Shown here in pieces: positions 17,891 to 26,562 of a stretch of 64,000 bases of DNA. Each line of letters starts with the position of its first letter. Positions within the stretch are counted from its first letter, which is position 1. The notes beneath the pieces were generated by a model, which was given only the letters and a program-made list of their open reading frames with translations, made no database searches and was not told the DNA's origin. The DNA comes from Candidatus Latescibacterota bacterium (lineage in GTDB: Bacteria; Latescibacterota; UBA2968; UBA8231). A program made the position numbers and the translations under genes. The stretch covers positions 1,024,001-1,088,000 of the forward strand of contig OZ242214.1 of the NCBI GenBank assembly GCA_965206595.1, read 5' to 3'.

Positions 17891-18808
17891 GTGGAAACAC
17901 GGTTTACAGAGGTTCGCGCGGACGGGCGCCATTTATTCGGGACTGTCGTTAAGTATGGCGATACCGCCGTAGTCGGGGGGCAACCTGAACGGTTCGCCCC
18001 CGGCTCCCTTCTCTGCAATGACGTAATATTGAACCGCCAGCACGAGCGGGGCGTCCCATTAGCTCGCACTGGCGCTGGATTGCTTTTGCGAGATTCCCCG
18101 GAAAGCTTGCGAATGGAGGCGCTGTTGCCTCCGACAACTGAGGCAAGCGACACCCTAACCCTCGTTTCTTCGGGCGTCCTGCGCGGCCTTAGCGTCGAAT
18201 TTGAGGCCATATCGGAACATGATGAGGGAGGCACAAGGGTTATTGATATGGCGAACCTTTCTGGGCTGGCTGTATGCGATAGGCCAGCTTTCAAGGAATC
18301 GACAATAGAGGCACGGGCAAAGGGCAGGGCAATCTCGGGCAAAATCCCTTACAACCAGACGGAAACGATTGCCAACTCGGGAAGGGTGCGTAAATCCCGC
18401 ATTGCACCGGGCGCCTTTTCATATTCGATTGACGATGAGGAACAAGAGATTATCGCGCAGATTGGCACGGCGCCGTCTCAGATACTCGCTTCTAAAAAGG
18501 CGGGAAGTCTCAGACTCGCCGATTCCCCTACCTCGCTCGCCATCAACATCGATGATGTGATCGGAACCAGCTATGCGGATGACTTTCTGAAGCAAATGGC
18601 TTCAGGGCAATTTGCTTTAGGTGTTCGGCCTATGTATCGGACAGACGGCGTTGCGGATGCCTTCGAAGACATACCGGAACCCGGCAACCCAAGCGTTATG
18701 ATTCGAACCGTCCATAATGCGGTTTTGTATGCCGTCTCGTTCGTGCACCGAAAGCGTAAAGGCGATTCAAGCGCCGTAGAGCGACGGAGGAGGGCGCTAT
18801 GGCTGTAG
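17891..18808 (+). CDS. Prohead protease (HK97 family), tandem-domain form
   Basis: ERFAPGS, LNRQH, GLSVEF, DRPAF in the first half; second degenerate copy (RIAPGAFSYS, ILASKKAGSLRLADS). Confidence 0.82.
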   Translation: METRFTEVRADGRHLFGTVVKYGDTAVVGGQPERFAPGSLLCNDVILNRQHERGVPLARTGAGLLLRDSPESLRMEALLPPTTEASDTLTLVSSGVLRGLSVEFEAISEHDEGGTRVIDMANLSGLAVCDRPAFKESTIEARAKGRAISGKIPYNQTETIANSGRVRKSRIAPGAFSYSIDDEEQEIIAQIGTAPSQILASKKAGSLRLADSPTSLAINIDDVIGTSYADDFLKQMASGQFALGVRPMYRTDGVADAFEDIPEPGNPSVMIRTVHNAVLYAVSFVHRKRKGDSSAVERRRRALWL

Positions 18809-19107
18809 ACGTGCAGAAGGTCGCCCTTGCCCTTCACATCATCACAGACACCACAGACACGCTTGAGGCAGCCATAAGCGAGCGATTGACGGACCTTTGC
18901 GAGGTAGCGGGTGCGGAAATACAGCGATACGCTCCCGGCGCACCCGAACCCATAAAGCGGGAGGCAGCGGTTAGGTATTGCAGCTATTTGTTCGACGTAG
19001 ACGGCAGCCAACACCCCAACTATTCAACCGCTTTTACCAACTCGGGAGCGAAGGGTTTGCTTTCAACCTGGCGCAAACATACCGCAAGCGTAATCGAAAA
19101 TGCCTGA
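18799..19107 (+). CDS. Head-tail connector (HK97 gp6 / SPP1 gp15-like)
   Basis: 102 aa, helical; IQRYAPGAPEPIKREAAVR...SGAKGLLSTWR; position in the head module. Confidence 0.65.
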   Translation: MAVDVQKVALALHIITDTTDTLEAAISERLTDLCEVAGAEIQRYAPGAPEPIKREAAVRYCSYLFDVDGSQHPNYSTAFTNSGAKGLLSTWRKHTASVIENA

Positions 19108-19465
19108 TCTTGAAAAAGCTCGAAGGCACCGTCGAAAAACCTCCCTCAATGAAATTGTCGAACATGCGCCAACCGTAGAGGGTGAATACATCCCCCAGGG
19201 GTGGAAAAAAGTTTGGGCAAGGAAAGAACCGGAAAACCTCGAAGAGATAACCAGTTCTCGCTCTACCTTAAGCATTGAATCGGAAGAGGGTTTTGCGGTC
19301 TTCGTGGTTCGGTTCAATCCAAGATGGAAATTGAACGATTGGCTAAGGGAAAAGCTTACAGCCTACCGAATAAAGGAAATTGAGAACATAGACCGGAACC
19401 GCTGGCAGGTTTTGACGTGCAAGGAATCAGAAATACCATTGCCCCCCAAAATGAAGACCACTTGA
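19100..19465 (+). CDS. Head closure / head-tail adaptor-like protein (SPP1 gp16 type)
   Basis: WKKVWA...FVVRFNPRW...YRIKEIENIDRNRWQVLTC beta-rich pattern; follows the gp6-like gene. Confidence 0.6.
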   Translation: MPDLEKARRHRRKTSLNEIVEHAPTVEGEYIPQGWKKVWARKEPENLEEITSSRSTLSIESEEGFAVFVVRFNPRWKLNDWLREKLTAYRIKEIENIDRNRWQVLTCKESEIPLPPKMKTT

Positions 19466-19468
19466 AAA

Positions 19469-20548
19469 ATGTGGCCTTTCACCGGTAAAAAAACAGAGAA
19501 GCGGTCTACCGAGGTAGACGGCTATACCAATATCCTACTCAACAACATCGAATCTCAGGCAGACAGCGACGACGCTGGCCTTGTGCGTGGTGTGGCTGCA
19601 CTCGAGACGGCGGTGGGATTATGGCGACGTGCCTTCGCAAGTGCCAGCGTGGAGCCTGCTACACCCCTTACAAGGGCACTGACCCCGGAGTTTCTCGGAT
19701 GGCTCGCTCAGGAGTTGGTTCTACGTGGCGAAGGGTTGGCAGTGATCCAAGTCGAGCGGGGCCGGCTGGACCTTCTCCCGGTAGGTTCCTTCGCGGTAAC
19801 GGGGAGTGCTAGCCGGCGGAGCTGGCGCTATCGGTGCACGGTATACGGACCCTCTTCGACCTTCACCTATCAGCGGGCGCCAGCGGGGCAAGTCATTCAC
19901 TGCCGATGGAGCTATCAAGCAGAATTGCCCGAGTTTGGCGCTTCCCCGTGGAGAAGGGCGCACATTTCTTCAACCCTACTTGGCAACCTTGAGAAGCGTT
20001 TGAGCGAAGAGACGGGCGGAATTGTGGGGAATTTACTGCCGCTGCCGAGCGATCCAGCGGTGGCAGCGGTAGACGGGGAAGAGGTTGACGCATACGAGGG
20101 TTTGCGAAAGACCCTGAAGACGCTCAAAGGCAAGACTGCCCTTGTCGAGACGACAAGCGGCGGCTACGGGGAAGGAATGAACACGGCCCCTCGTAAGGAT
20201 TATCAGCCGGTTCGACTTGGCGCGAACCCTCCCCAGTCATTGCGGGAGTTGAGGGAGGATGTTGCACACTCATTGCTGCAATGTTGCGGGGTGCCCTTGG
20301 GGTTGGTCAGTGAAAGAGGCGACGGGGCAAGTAGAAGAGAATGTTGGCGCCAGTTTCTGCACTCTTCCATAGCGCCACAAGCGAAAATCGTCGAACACGA
20401 ATTGAGCGAGAAATTGGAGACGAAAATCTCGTTGAACTTCGACAAGTTGTTTGCCAGCGACATTATGGGCAAGGCGAGGGCAGCCGCGTCACTGGCAAAG
20501 GCCGGCATCGAGATTGACGAGGCGCTGCGAATGGCGGGATTGGAGTAG
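19469..20548 (+). CDS. Portal protein (HK97-like)
   Basis: MWPF...EKRS start; LVLRGEG; VIHCR...GASP; CCGVPLGLV; SIAPQAKIVEHELSEKL. Confidence 0.8.
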   Translation: MWPFTGKKTEKRSTEVDGYTNILLNNIESQADSDDAGLVRGVAALETAVGLWRRAFASASVEPATPLTRALTPEFLGWLAQELVLRGEGLAVIQVERGRLDLLPVGSFAVTGSASRRSWRYRCTVYGPSSTFTYQRAPAGQVIHCRWSYQAELPEFGASPWRRAHISSTLLGNLEKRLSEETGGIVGNLLPLPSDPAVAAVDGEEVDAYEGLRKTLKTLKGKTALVETTSGGYGEGMNTAPRKDYQPVRLGANPPQSLRELREDVAHSLLQCCGVPLGLVSERGDGASRRECWRQFLHSSIAPQAKIVEHELSEKLETKISLNFDKLFASDIMGKARAAASLAKAGIEIDEALRMAGLE

Positions 20549-20588
20549 CCAGGAGGCGAAGGTCGAGGGTCCTTCGTCCTGCGGGCGG

Positions 20589-20624
20589 AGGCAGGGCACT
20601 TTGGGCCAAGTGCCCTGCCTTTTC
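20589..20624 (+). terminator. Intrinsic terminator after the portal gene
   Basis: AGGCAGGGCACTT-tgggcc-AAGTGCCCTGCCT followed by TTT. Confidence 0.7.
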
Positions 20625-20702
20625 ATTGCGGGGTGAAGCCTTTTAATGGTCGGGCTCACTCCGCCCTGGAGCCGTTGCCGGACATCCCGGTAGCGGCTCT
20701 TT

Positions 20703-21653
20703 TTATTGCTGCCCGTAGCGGTATTTGGCGACTGCGCCCCTTGCGGCAAGTTGCCCCTTGGCGTAATGGGCAGGCATCATTGGTGATTCCCATCGCCCGC
20801 AAACCATCATCTCGACAAGGCTGGCGCCGTTCTCCGCCAGACTCTGAGTAGCCCCAACTCGGAGCGAATGTCCCGAGAATCTCCCCTCGAAGCCTGCCTC
20901 CTCACATCTTTTTTTCACGATTGCCCGAACCGCCATAGGGGTCAGCCCCTTGGAACCTACTGTCTCAGTGGGGGGGCTGTCGGGATTCCGCTTTTTGCGG
21001 TTCACGAAAACTCTACGGAAGACTGCCCCCTCAGTGATCTTCGCAGCTTCCATCCATGCCTTGAGGCGCGTAACCGTAGGCACCCCAATGAACATGGACG
21101 GTTTTTTCTTCCCTGTCTGATCCGTTTTCGAATGGCGAATTGTCAGTAGGGCGGAGCCGTTGGGCTGGAATATCAAGTCGTCAACCTGAAGGGCGACCAC
21201 CTCCCCTGAGCGCAGTAGGGCGTCGCTTGCCACACCGAGAAGCGCAGCATCCCGGAGCCCCGGCAGGCTGCCGTCAGCCGCCAGAGTAGCCAGAACGTCA
21301 ACTTCCCCCCATTGCAGCCCCTCCACTTGCCCCCGGCCCATACCACGACCCTTGCGGCGAATTCCGGCAATCGTTCTTTCTGTGAGGGGACCGACAGGAC
21401 AAGGCTCCCCCGTCAGACGGGCTCGGAACCTCACAGCATTAATGGTAATGTTCAGGGTTCCGGGGGCTATTCCGGCTCGGAATCTCCTATCCAGATAATG
21501 GGCAAGACTATGATCGGTAATCTCTCCCATCTCTTTTTCCAAGCTCAACAGGGCTTGTTTGTAGGTTCTCCGGCTGCCGGGGGACAGCCCCTCCGCGATG
21601 AGTTCGCGAACGCCAAGGGAGACCGCCGAATGTGCCGCGACAAGGTCTTTCAT
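20703..21653 (-). CDS. int: Tyrosine recombinase/integrase, Cre-like
   Basis: RDAALL..ASDALLRSGE, HSKTDQTG, FSGHSLRVG, GRWESPMMPAHY; RBS GAGGGG before MKDLVAAH. Confidence 0.9.
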   Translation of the reverse strand: MKDLVAAHSAVSLGVRELIAEGLSPGSRRTYKQALLSLEKEMGEITDHSLAHYLDRRFRAGIAPGTLNITINAVRFRARLTGEPCPVGPLTERTIAGIRRKGRGMGRGQVEGLQWGEVDVLATLAADGSLPGLRDAALLGVASDALLRSGEVVALQVDDLIFQPNGSALLTIRHSKTDQTGKKKPSMFIGVPTVTRLKAWMEAAKITEGAVFRRVFVNRKKRNPDSPPTETVGSKGLTPMAVRAIVKKRCEEAGFEGRFSGHSLRVGATQSLAENGASLVEMMVCGRWESPMMPAHYAKGQLAARGAVAKYRYGQQ

Positions 21654-21677
21654 AAGATTCCCCTCTTTGACACTCTG

Positions 21678-21712
21678 AAACTTTAGTATGTAAGATTTAT
21701 ATGCTAAAGTTT
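21678..21712. promoter_or_regulatory. Inverted repeat upstream of int; lox/rox-like site or operator
   Basis: AAACTTTAGTATGTAA-gat-TTATATGCTAAAGTTT, 16-bp arms with 2 mismatches. Confidence 0.6.
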
Positions 21713-21771
21713 TATGATACTTCAAAAAAGCGTGTTTTCCCTCTGGAATCACTAAAGAGAAATTTCGGTTC

Positions 21772-21793
21772 AAACATGAATTTACGCAAGTGC
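21772..21793 (+). repeat. Putative attR (AAACATGAATTTACGCAAGTGC)
   Basis: Direct repeat of 12185..12206; high-GC host sequence resumes immediately after it. Confidence 0.6.
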
Positions 21794-21843
21794 GGAAAAG
21801 GCGGCGGCGGCGGAAACCCGGTGCCGAACAGGAAGGTCGGTAG

Positions 21844-22839
21844 ATGAGCCCGGAAGAGGCCGGCACGGCGCCGGAAATCTCGGTCGTGATCCCCGTTTAC
21901 AATGAGCGCGAGAGCCTGCCGGCGCTGTGCCAGAAGCTGAACGCGGCCCTCGACCGCATTGCGCGGGCGTCGGAGATCGTCTTTGTCGACGACGGCAGCA
22001 GCGACGGCTCGTTCGACCTCATCGGGGAGCTCAGCGGCCGCTACCCGCGGATCCGCGCCCTGGGCTTCCGGCGCAACTACCGCAAGGCCGCGGCCCTGGC
22101 GGCCGGTTTCAAGGCCGCCCGGGGGGACGTCATCGTCACCATGGACGCCGACCTCCAGGACGACCCGGACGAGATCGAACACCTTCTGGACGCCCTCGAC
22201 GGCGACAAGGACCTCGTCACCGGCTGGAAGAAGAAACGCCTGGACCCGCTGAGTAAAACCCTGCCTTCGCGGCTTTTCAATCTCGTCACCTCGATGGTCG
22301 CCGGCATCAGGCTGCACGATTTCAACTGCGGCCTGAAGGCGTACCGCCGCGAGGTGGCCGAGGACTCCCTGCCCTACCTGTACGGGGAGCTTTACCGCTA
22401 CCTGCCCGCCATCGCCCACTGGAGCGGCTACCGCGTCGGCGAAATCCCGGTGCGCCATCACCGCCGCATGTACGGGGAGTCGAAGTTCGGAAGCAGGCGG
22501 CTGCTCAACGGTTTCCTCGATCTGCTCTCGATCACCTTCGTGGTCCGCTTCATGACCACGCCCATGCACGTGTTCGGAAGCCTCGGACTCGCGGCCACGG
22601 CCGCGGGCGCCCTGATCGGCTGCTACATCACCTACCTGTGGGCGGAGACCGGCACCATACAGCACCGGCTGCCGCTGCTGCTTCTCGGGCTCCTGCTGAT
22701 CATCGTCGGAGTGCAACTGTTCTCCACGGGACTGCTCGGCGACATGGTGGCGAGCATGCACCAGCGGGAGGGGCGCACGCCGCGGATCAGCCGCCGCCTG
22801 GATGGTGACGGGGCAACCCCCGTAGAGGATGCGGAGTGA
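21844..22839 (+). CDS. Glycosyltransferase family 2 (ArnC/DPM1-like, polyprenol-phosphate)
   Basis: SVVIPVYNE, VDDGSSD, MDADLQDDP, DFNCGLKAY, two C-terminal TM helices. Confidence 0.92.
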   Translation: MSPEEAGTAPEISVVIPVYNERESLPALCQKLNAALDRIARASEIVFVDDGSSDGSFDLIGELSGRYPRIRALGFRRNYRKAAALAAGFKAARGDVIVTMDADLQDDPDEIEHLLDALDGDKDLVTGWKKKRLDPLSKTLPSRLFNLVTSMVAGIRLHDFNCGLKAYRREVAEDSLPYLYGELYRYLPAIAHWSGYRVGEIPVRHHRRMYGESKFGSRRLLNGFLDLLSITFVVRFMTTPMHVFGSLGLAATAAGALIGCYITYLWAETGTIQHRLPLLLLGLLLIIVGVQLFSTGLLGDMVASMHQREGRTPRISRRLDGDGATPVEDAE

Positions 22840-23018
22840 GCGCCCTGGCCGACCTTCCGCCAGCGGTCCTGGTGGCGGCGGCGGCAGTCCTCCCTGCGGT
22901 GTGGGGGAGTCTGGTCGCCTGGGGCTTCACCGAACCCCGGAGGTTCCGCAACCGCCGGCAATTCAAGGCCCCGGAGCTGGCGGCGGAGGACCCGCAGGTC
23001 CCGACCTACTACATATAA
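22836..23018 (+). CDS. Small membrane protein (60 aa), target of the island insertion
   Basis: GTGA overlap with the GT2 stop; hydrophobic helix then basic segment; 3' end duplicated at 38798..38843. Confidence 0.6.
   Translation: MSALADLPPAVLVAAAAVLPAVWGSLVAWGFTEPRRFRNRRQFKAPELAAEDPQVPTYYI
22973..23017 (+). repeat. Left copy of the 45-bp direct repeat flanking the defence island
   Basis: GGAGCTGGCGGCGGAGGACCCGCAGGTCCCGACCTACTACATATA; 41/45 identical to 38798..38842. Confidence 0.85.
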
Positions 23019-23109
23019 ATCGGACCCCTTCCTCCGCAGGTATTGGGAGCGATTCGGCACTCCTGAACGGGATCAAGCAAGCCATGCCAGAAGGGCAGAG
23101 AAATTCATT

Positions 23110-26100
23110 ATGGCTGGAAACAGGAGTATCCCGTTGAGTGATGAGACCGCCATCCGGGAAGGACAGACCCTGTCCGGCTCGCTGTTCAGCGAGCCCATGC
23201 GAGTGGTTACCGTTGGCTCCAACGGTCCCGGAATCTGGGTCGCAGGACTCGTCGGCCAGCAGTCGGAGCAGTTTCGTCAGGTCACCCTTACGGAGGACGA
23301 CATTGCCGACCTGACCATCGCCGACTCCGCATTTTCCTTCGACGGCGACGGGCGGCTCCTGCGTTTAGGTCTGCAGGCATATGCGCTCGGCATCGCCTAC
23401 GAATTCGACCCTTATTTCGGGCTGTCCATTTCGCGGGTGGATCCTCTGCCCCACCAGCTCGAAGCGGTCTACGATCACTTCCTCAAATTGCCAAGCGTGC
23501 GCTTCCTACTCGCCGACGATGCAGGAGCAGGCAAGACCATCATGGCCGGTCTCCTGATTCGCGAACTCAAGCTTCGTGGGCTTATCGAACGGGTCCTCGT
23601 CGTCTGCCCCGCGAACCTGACGTTCCAATGGCAGCGTGAGCTCAAGGAGAAGTTCGAGGTGAAGTTCCTGGTGCTGAAAGGCAGCGACATCCGCGATCAG
23701 TTCGGCGTCAACCAGTGGATGGAGCAAAAGCAGATCATCACCTCCCTCGACCTCGCCAAGCGCACCGAGATCCTTCCCGGACTGGCTCAGGTGCGTTGGG
23801 ATCTGGTGATCGTCGACGAGGCCCACCGCATGTCGGCGCGCGACGAGACGCACAAGAGCCAGCGGTACCGGCTGGGAGAACTGCTGCGGGACAGCGCCGA
23901 TAACGTGCTGCTGCTGACCGCCACTCCGCACAAAGGGGACCCCCAGAACTTCAGCCTCTTCCTGCAGCTCCTCGACCGGGACGCCTACGCCGACGTAAGC
24001 TCGATCCGCGATGCCATGGACAAGAGGCGCGCCCCCTTCTACCTGCGACGCACCAAGGAGGCGATGGTCTATTTCCCGGAGCGCCATGAGGACGGAACCT
24101 GGATTGCCAAACCGGTATTCACCAAGCGCATACCACGTACCGCCGGTTTCGCCATCGATGGCCCCGAGTTCGAGCTGTACCAGGCAGTCACCCGCTTCGT
24201 AAAGCGGCAATGCACCCGAGCCGCGGCCCAAGGGGACGACCCGCGGGCGCGAGCCGTCGGTTTCCTGATGTCCCTGTACCAGAGGCGCCTCGCCTCCAGT
24301 ACCTATGCCATGCGTCGTTCGCTGGAGAACCGGACAAAGCGCCTGGAGGACGGCCTTACGCGGGCCCAGGAAGTGGTGCGGACCGCGCCCCCGGATCTTC
24401 CCGGTCTGGAAGAGCTCGAGGAGTTCGAGGACGCGGAGCGCGAGCGCCTGGAGAGGATGCTGGAAGCGATCACCCTGGCCGGCAACGCCGAGCAGGTGCG
24501 GGAAGAGATCGCCGAGCTGCTGGAGCTGGCCGAGGAGGCGAAAGCAGTCGAAGGCTCGGGCAGCCAGGCGAAGCTCCGACATCTTCGGCGGATCATGCAG
24601 GAGGAGGGGTTCTTCGACCGGCCCGACCAGCGCCTGCTGCTGTTCACCGAGTTCAAGGACACCCTCGACCACCTGATGGAACAGCTGAAAGCCTGGGGCT
24701 TCCGCGTCGGCTGCATCCACGGGGCCATGAGACCCGGCTCTCGCGACGAACCGGGTACCCGGCTCTACACCGAGCAGCAGTTCCGCGAAGGGGAGATACA
24801 GGTCCTGGTCGCTACCGAGGCGGCCGGCGAAGGAATCAACCTCCAGTGCTGCCACATTCTCTTCAACTACGACATCCCCTGGAACCCGAACCGCCTCGAA
24901 CAGCGGATGGGGCGCATCCACCGGTACGGACAGCGGCTAGACTGCCTGATCTTCAACTTCGTCGCCACCAACACCATCGAGGGGCGGGTCCTGCAGCGGC
25001 TGCTGGACAAACTCCAGGAGATCCGCGACGCCCTCGATGACGACGCGGTATTCAACGTCGTGGGCGAGATCCTGCCGTCCGCGCACGTGGAGCGCGTGCT
25101 GCGCGACTTCTACGCCGGCAGGCTTGGGGAGGAAGACTTCGAAGACCGGCTCCTGAGGGACGTGGACGAGGGTCATTTCCGGAATATCTGCCAGACGGCG
25201 CTGGAGGGGTTGGCCGCCAAGAAGCTCAATCTCGACATGCTCATCGAGCGCCGCGCGCGGGCCCAGGAAAGGCGCCTCGTGCCCGAGACCATCGCGCGGT
25301 TCATCAAGGAATGCGCGCAGTTTTCGGGCCTGGTCCTGAAACCGGTCAGAAACCTGGCGCATACGTTCGACCCGGCTCGCGTGCCGCCCGGGTTGAAAAA
25401 ATACGAGCGCATGCCGGACTGGAAGCTCCCGGAGCTTGCGGTTCGCTATCCGCGCCTTTCGACGGACCGGGACACCGCGGAGGAGCACCACCTCGAATGG
25501 GTGACCCCCGGACATCCGCTGTTCGAAGCCCTGCGCCGCCACAGCCTCGATCTCGGCCGAGACGCCTGTGCCCGTGGGGCATGCTTCCGTTCACTATCCC
25601 ACGAAACTCCCGCCCGCCTCGACTTCTACAGAGCGAAGGTCGTCGACGGTCTCGGACAGATCATCCACGAACGGCTGTTCACCGTGGAATTGGCGGAAGG
25701 GGTCTCACCCTGTCTCCGCGAGCCGGATATCCTTGGCAACCTGATTCCCACCGCAGCGCCGGATTTCCTGCCCGCTGCGGCCTCGCTTCCGGAAGCCACC
25801 GCCTGGCTGAACGAACATGCCCTGATCCCGTTCATCGACGAGGTGCGCAACGAGCGGTTTGCCGAGGTCGACCGCATTGCCGAGCACGTCGAAATGTCGT
25901 TGAAGGAGGTGCTGCAACGGGCGGACGACGAGATCGGCCGGGCTGATGAAGAGGTGGACGAGGGGGTAACGGGGGCCGAGGGGCGTCTGGCGCAGGCCGA
26001 AACCCGCCACGCGGAGGTGTGGGAGCGTCGCGAGCGACGGCGCGAGGAGCTCAAGCGGCAGCGAGCCGTGACCCTTCAGGGAGTAGAGCGACTCGCCAGC

Positions 26101-26553
26101 GCCCTCGTTCTTCCTCATCCCGAAAGCGACACTCTGGACGTCCGGGGCTTGCGCCCGCATCCCGAAACCGAAATGACGGCGATGAAGGTGGTCATCGAAC
26201 ACGAGACCGCGCAGGGCCGCCAGGTTGAGGATGTCCATGAGAAGGACCTCGGGTACGACCTGACCAGCCTCGATCTACAGTCCGGGGAGCTGCGGCTCAT
26301 CGAGGTGAAGGGGCTCGCCGGCGCCACCGGAAGCATCCTGCTGACGCCGAACGAGCGCCGGGTAGGGGAGGACCGGCGCGACTGTTACTGGCTCTACGTG
26401 GTGACCAACTGCGCCAGCGCACCTGAGCTTCAGAAGCCGATAGGTGATCCAGCGCGCTTCCCTTGGCGGGAGTTTTCCAAGGTGGAACACTACTACCTGA
26501 GCGTGAATGCCCTGAAGCAGCCGATGGAGGTTCGGGACAAATCCCCAAAGTGA
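23110..26553 (+). CDS. SNF2-family helicase with C-terminal DUF3883 (NOV-C) nuclease-like domain, HmaA-like
   Basis: PLPHQ, LLADDAGAGKT, DEAH, TATP, ATEAAGEGINLQ, WNPNRLEQRMGRIHRYGQ; C-terminal LGYDL...IEVKG...LTPNE. The real start may be a few codons downstream. Confidence 0.88.
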   Translation: MAGNRSIPLSDETAIREGQTLSGSLFSEPMRVVTVGSNGPGIWVAGLVGQQSEQFRQVTLTEDDIADLTIADSAFSFDGDGRLLRLGLQAYALGIAYEFDPYFGLSISRVDPLPHQLEAVYDHFLKLPSVRFLLADDAGAGKTIMAGLLIRELKLRGLIERVLVVCPANLTFQWQRELKEKFEVKFLVLKGSDIRDQFGVNQWMEQKQIITSLDLAKRTEILPGLAQVRWDLVIVDEAHRMSARDETHKSQRYRLGELLRDSADNVLLLTATPHKGDPQNFSLFLQLLDRDAYADVSSIRDAMDKRRAPFYLRRTKEAMVYFPERHEDGTWIAKPVFTKRIPRTAGFAIDGPEFELYQAVTRFVKRQCTRAAAQGDDPRARAVGFLMSLYQRRLASSTYAMRRSLENRTKRLEDGLTRAQEVVRTAPPDLPGLEELEEFEDAERERLERMLEAITLAGNAEQVREEIAELLELAEEAKAVEGSGSQAKLRHLRRIMQEEGFFDRPDQRLLLFTEFKDTLDHLMEQLKAWGFRVGCIHGAMRPGSRDEPGTRLYTEQQFREGEIQVLVATEAAGEGINLQCCHILFNYDIPWNPNRLEQRMGRIHRYGQRLDCLIFNFVATNTIEGRVLQRLLDKLQEIRDALDDDAVFNVVGEILPSAHVERVLRDFYAGRLGEEDFEDRLLRDVDEGHFRNICQTALEGLAAKKLNLDMLIERRARAQERRLVPETIARFIKECAQFSGLVLKPVRNLAHTFDPARVPPGLKKYERMPDWKLPELAVRYPRLSTDRDTAEEHHLEWVTPGHPLFEALRRHSLDLGRDACARGACFRSLSHETPARLDFYRAKVVDGLGQIIHERLFTVELAEGVSPCLREPDILGNLIPTAAPDFLPAAASLPEATAWLNEHALIPFIDEVRNERFAEVDRIAEHVEMSLKEVLQRADDEIGRADEEVDEGVTGAEGRLAQAETRHAEVWERRERRREELKRQRAVTLQGVERLASALVLPHPESDTLDVRGLRPHPETEMTAMKVVIEHETAQGRQVEDVHEKDLGYDLTSLDLQSGELRLIEVKGLAGATGSILLTPNERRVGEDRRDCYWLYVVTNCASAPELQKPIGDPARFPWREFSKVEHYYLSVNALKQPMEVRDKSPK

Positions 26554-26562
26554 GATGAAGCG

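Larger units (their letters stand above)
12185..21793. mobile_element. Integrated tail-less, capsid-encoding phage satellite (cf-PICI-like), ~9.6 kb
   Basis: AT-richer block between divergent host genes mpl and GT2; 20/22 direct repeat at the ends; tyrosine recombinase plus head/packaging genes; no tail, lysis or replication genes. Confidence 0.8.

Noticed and set aside
12185-21793. Complete prophage or classical gene transfer agent
   Set aside because: No tail, tape measure or lysis genes; the integrase, boundary repeats and foreign composition argue against a GTA
23506-24921. Long antisense or alternate-frame ORFs over the helicase, and similar ones across the window (e.g. 4539..6788, 5147..7462, 53802..56084)
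   Set aside because: Arg/Pro/Gly-rich shadow translations overlapping well-supported genes
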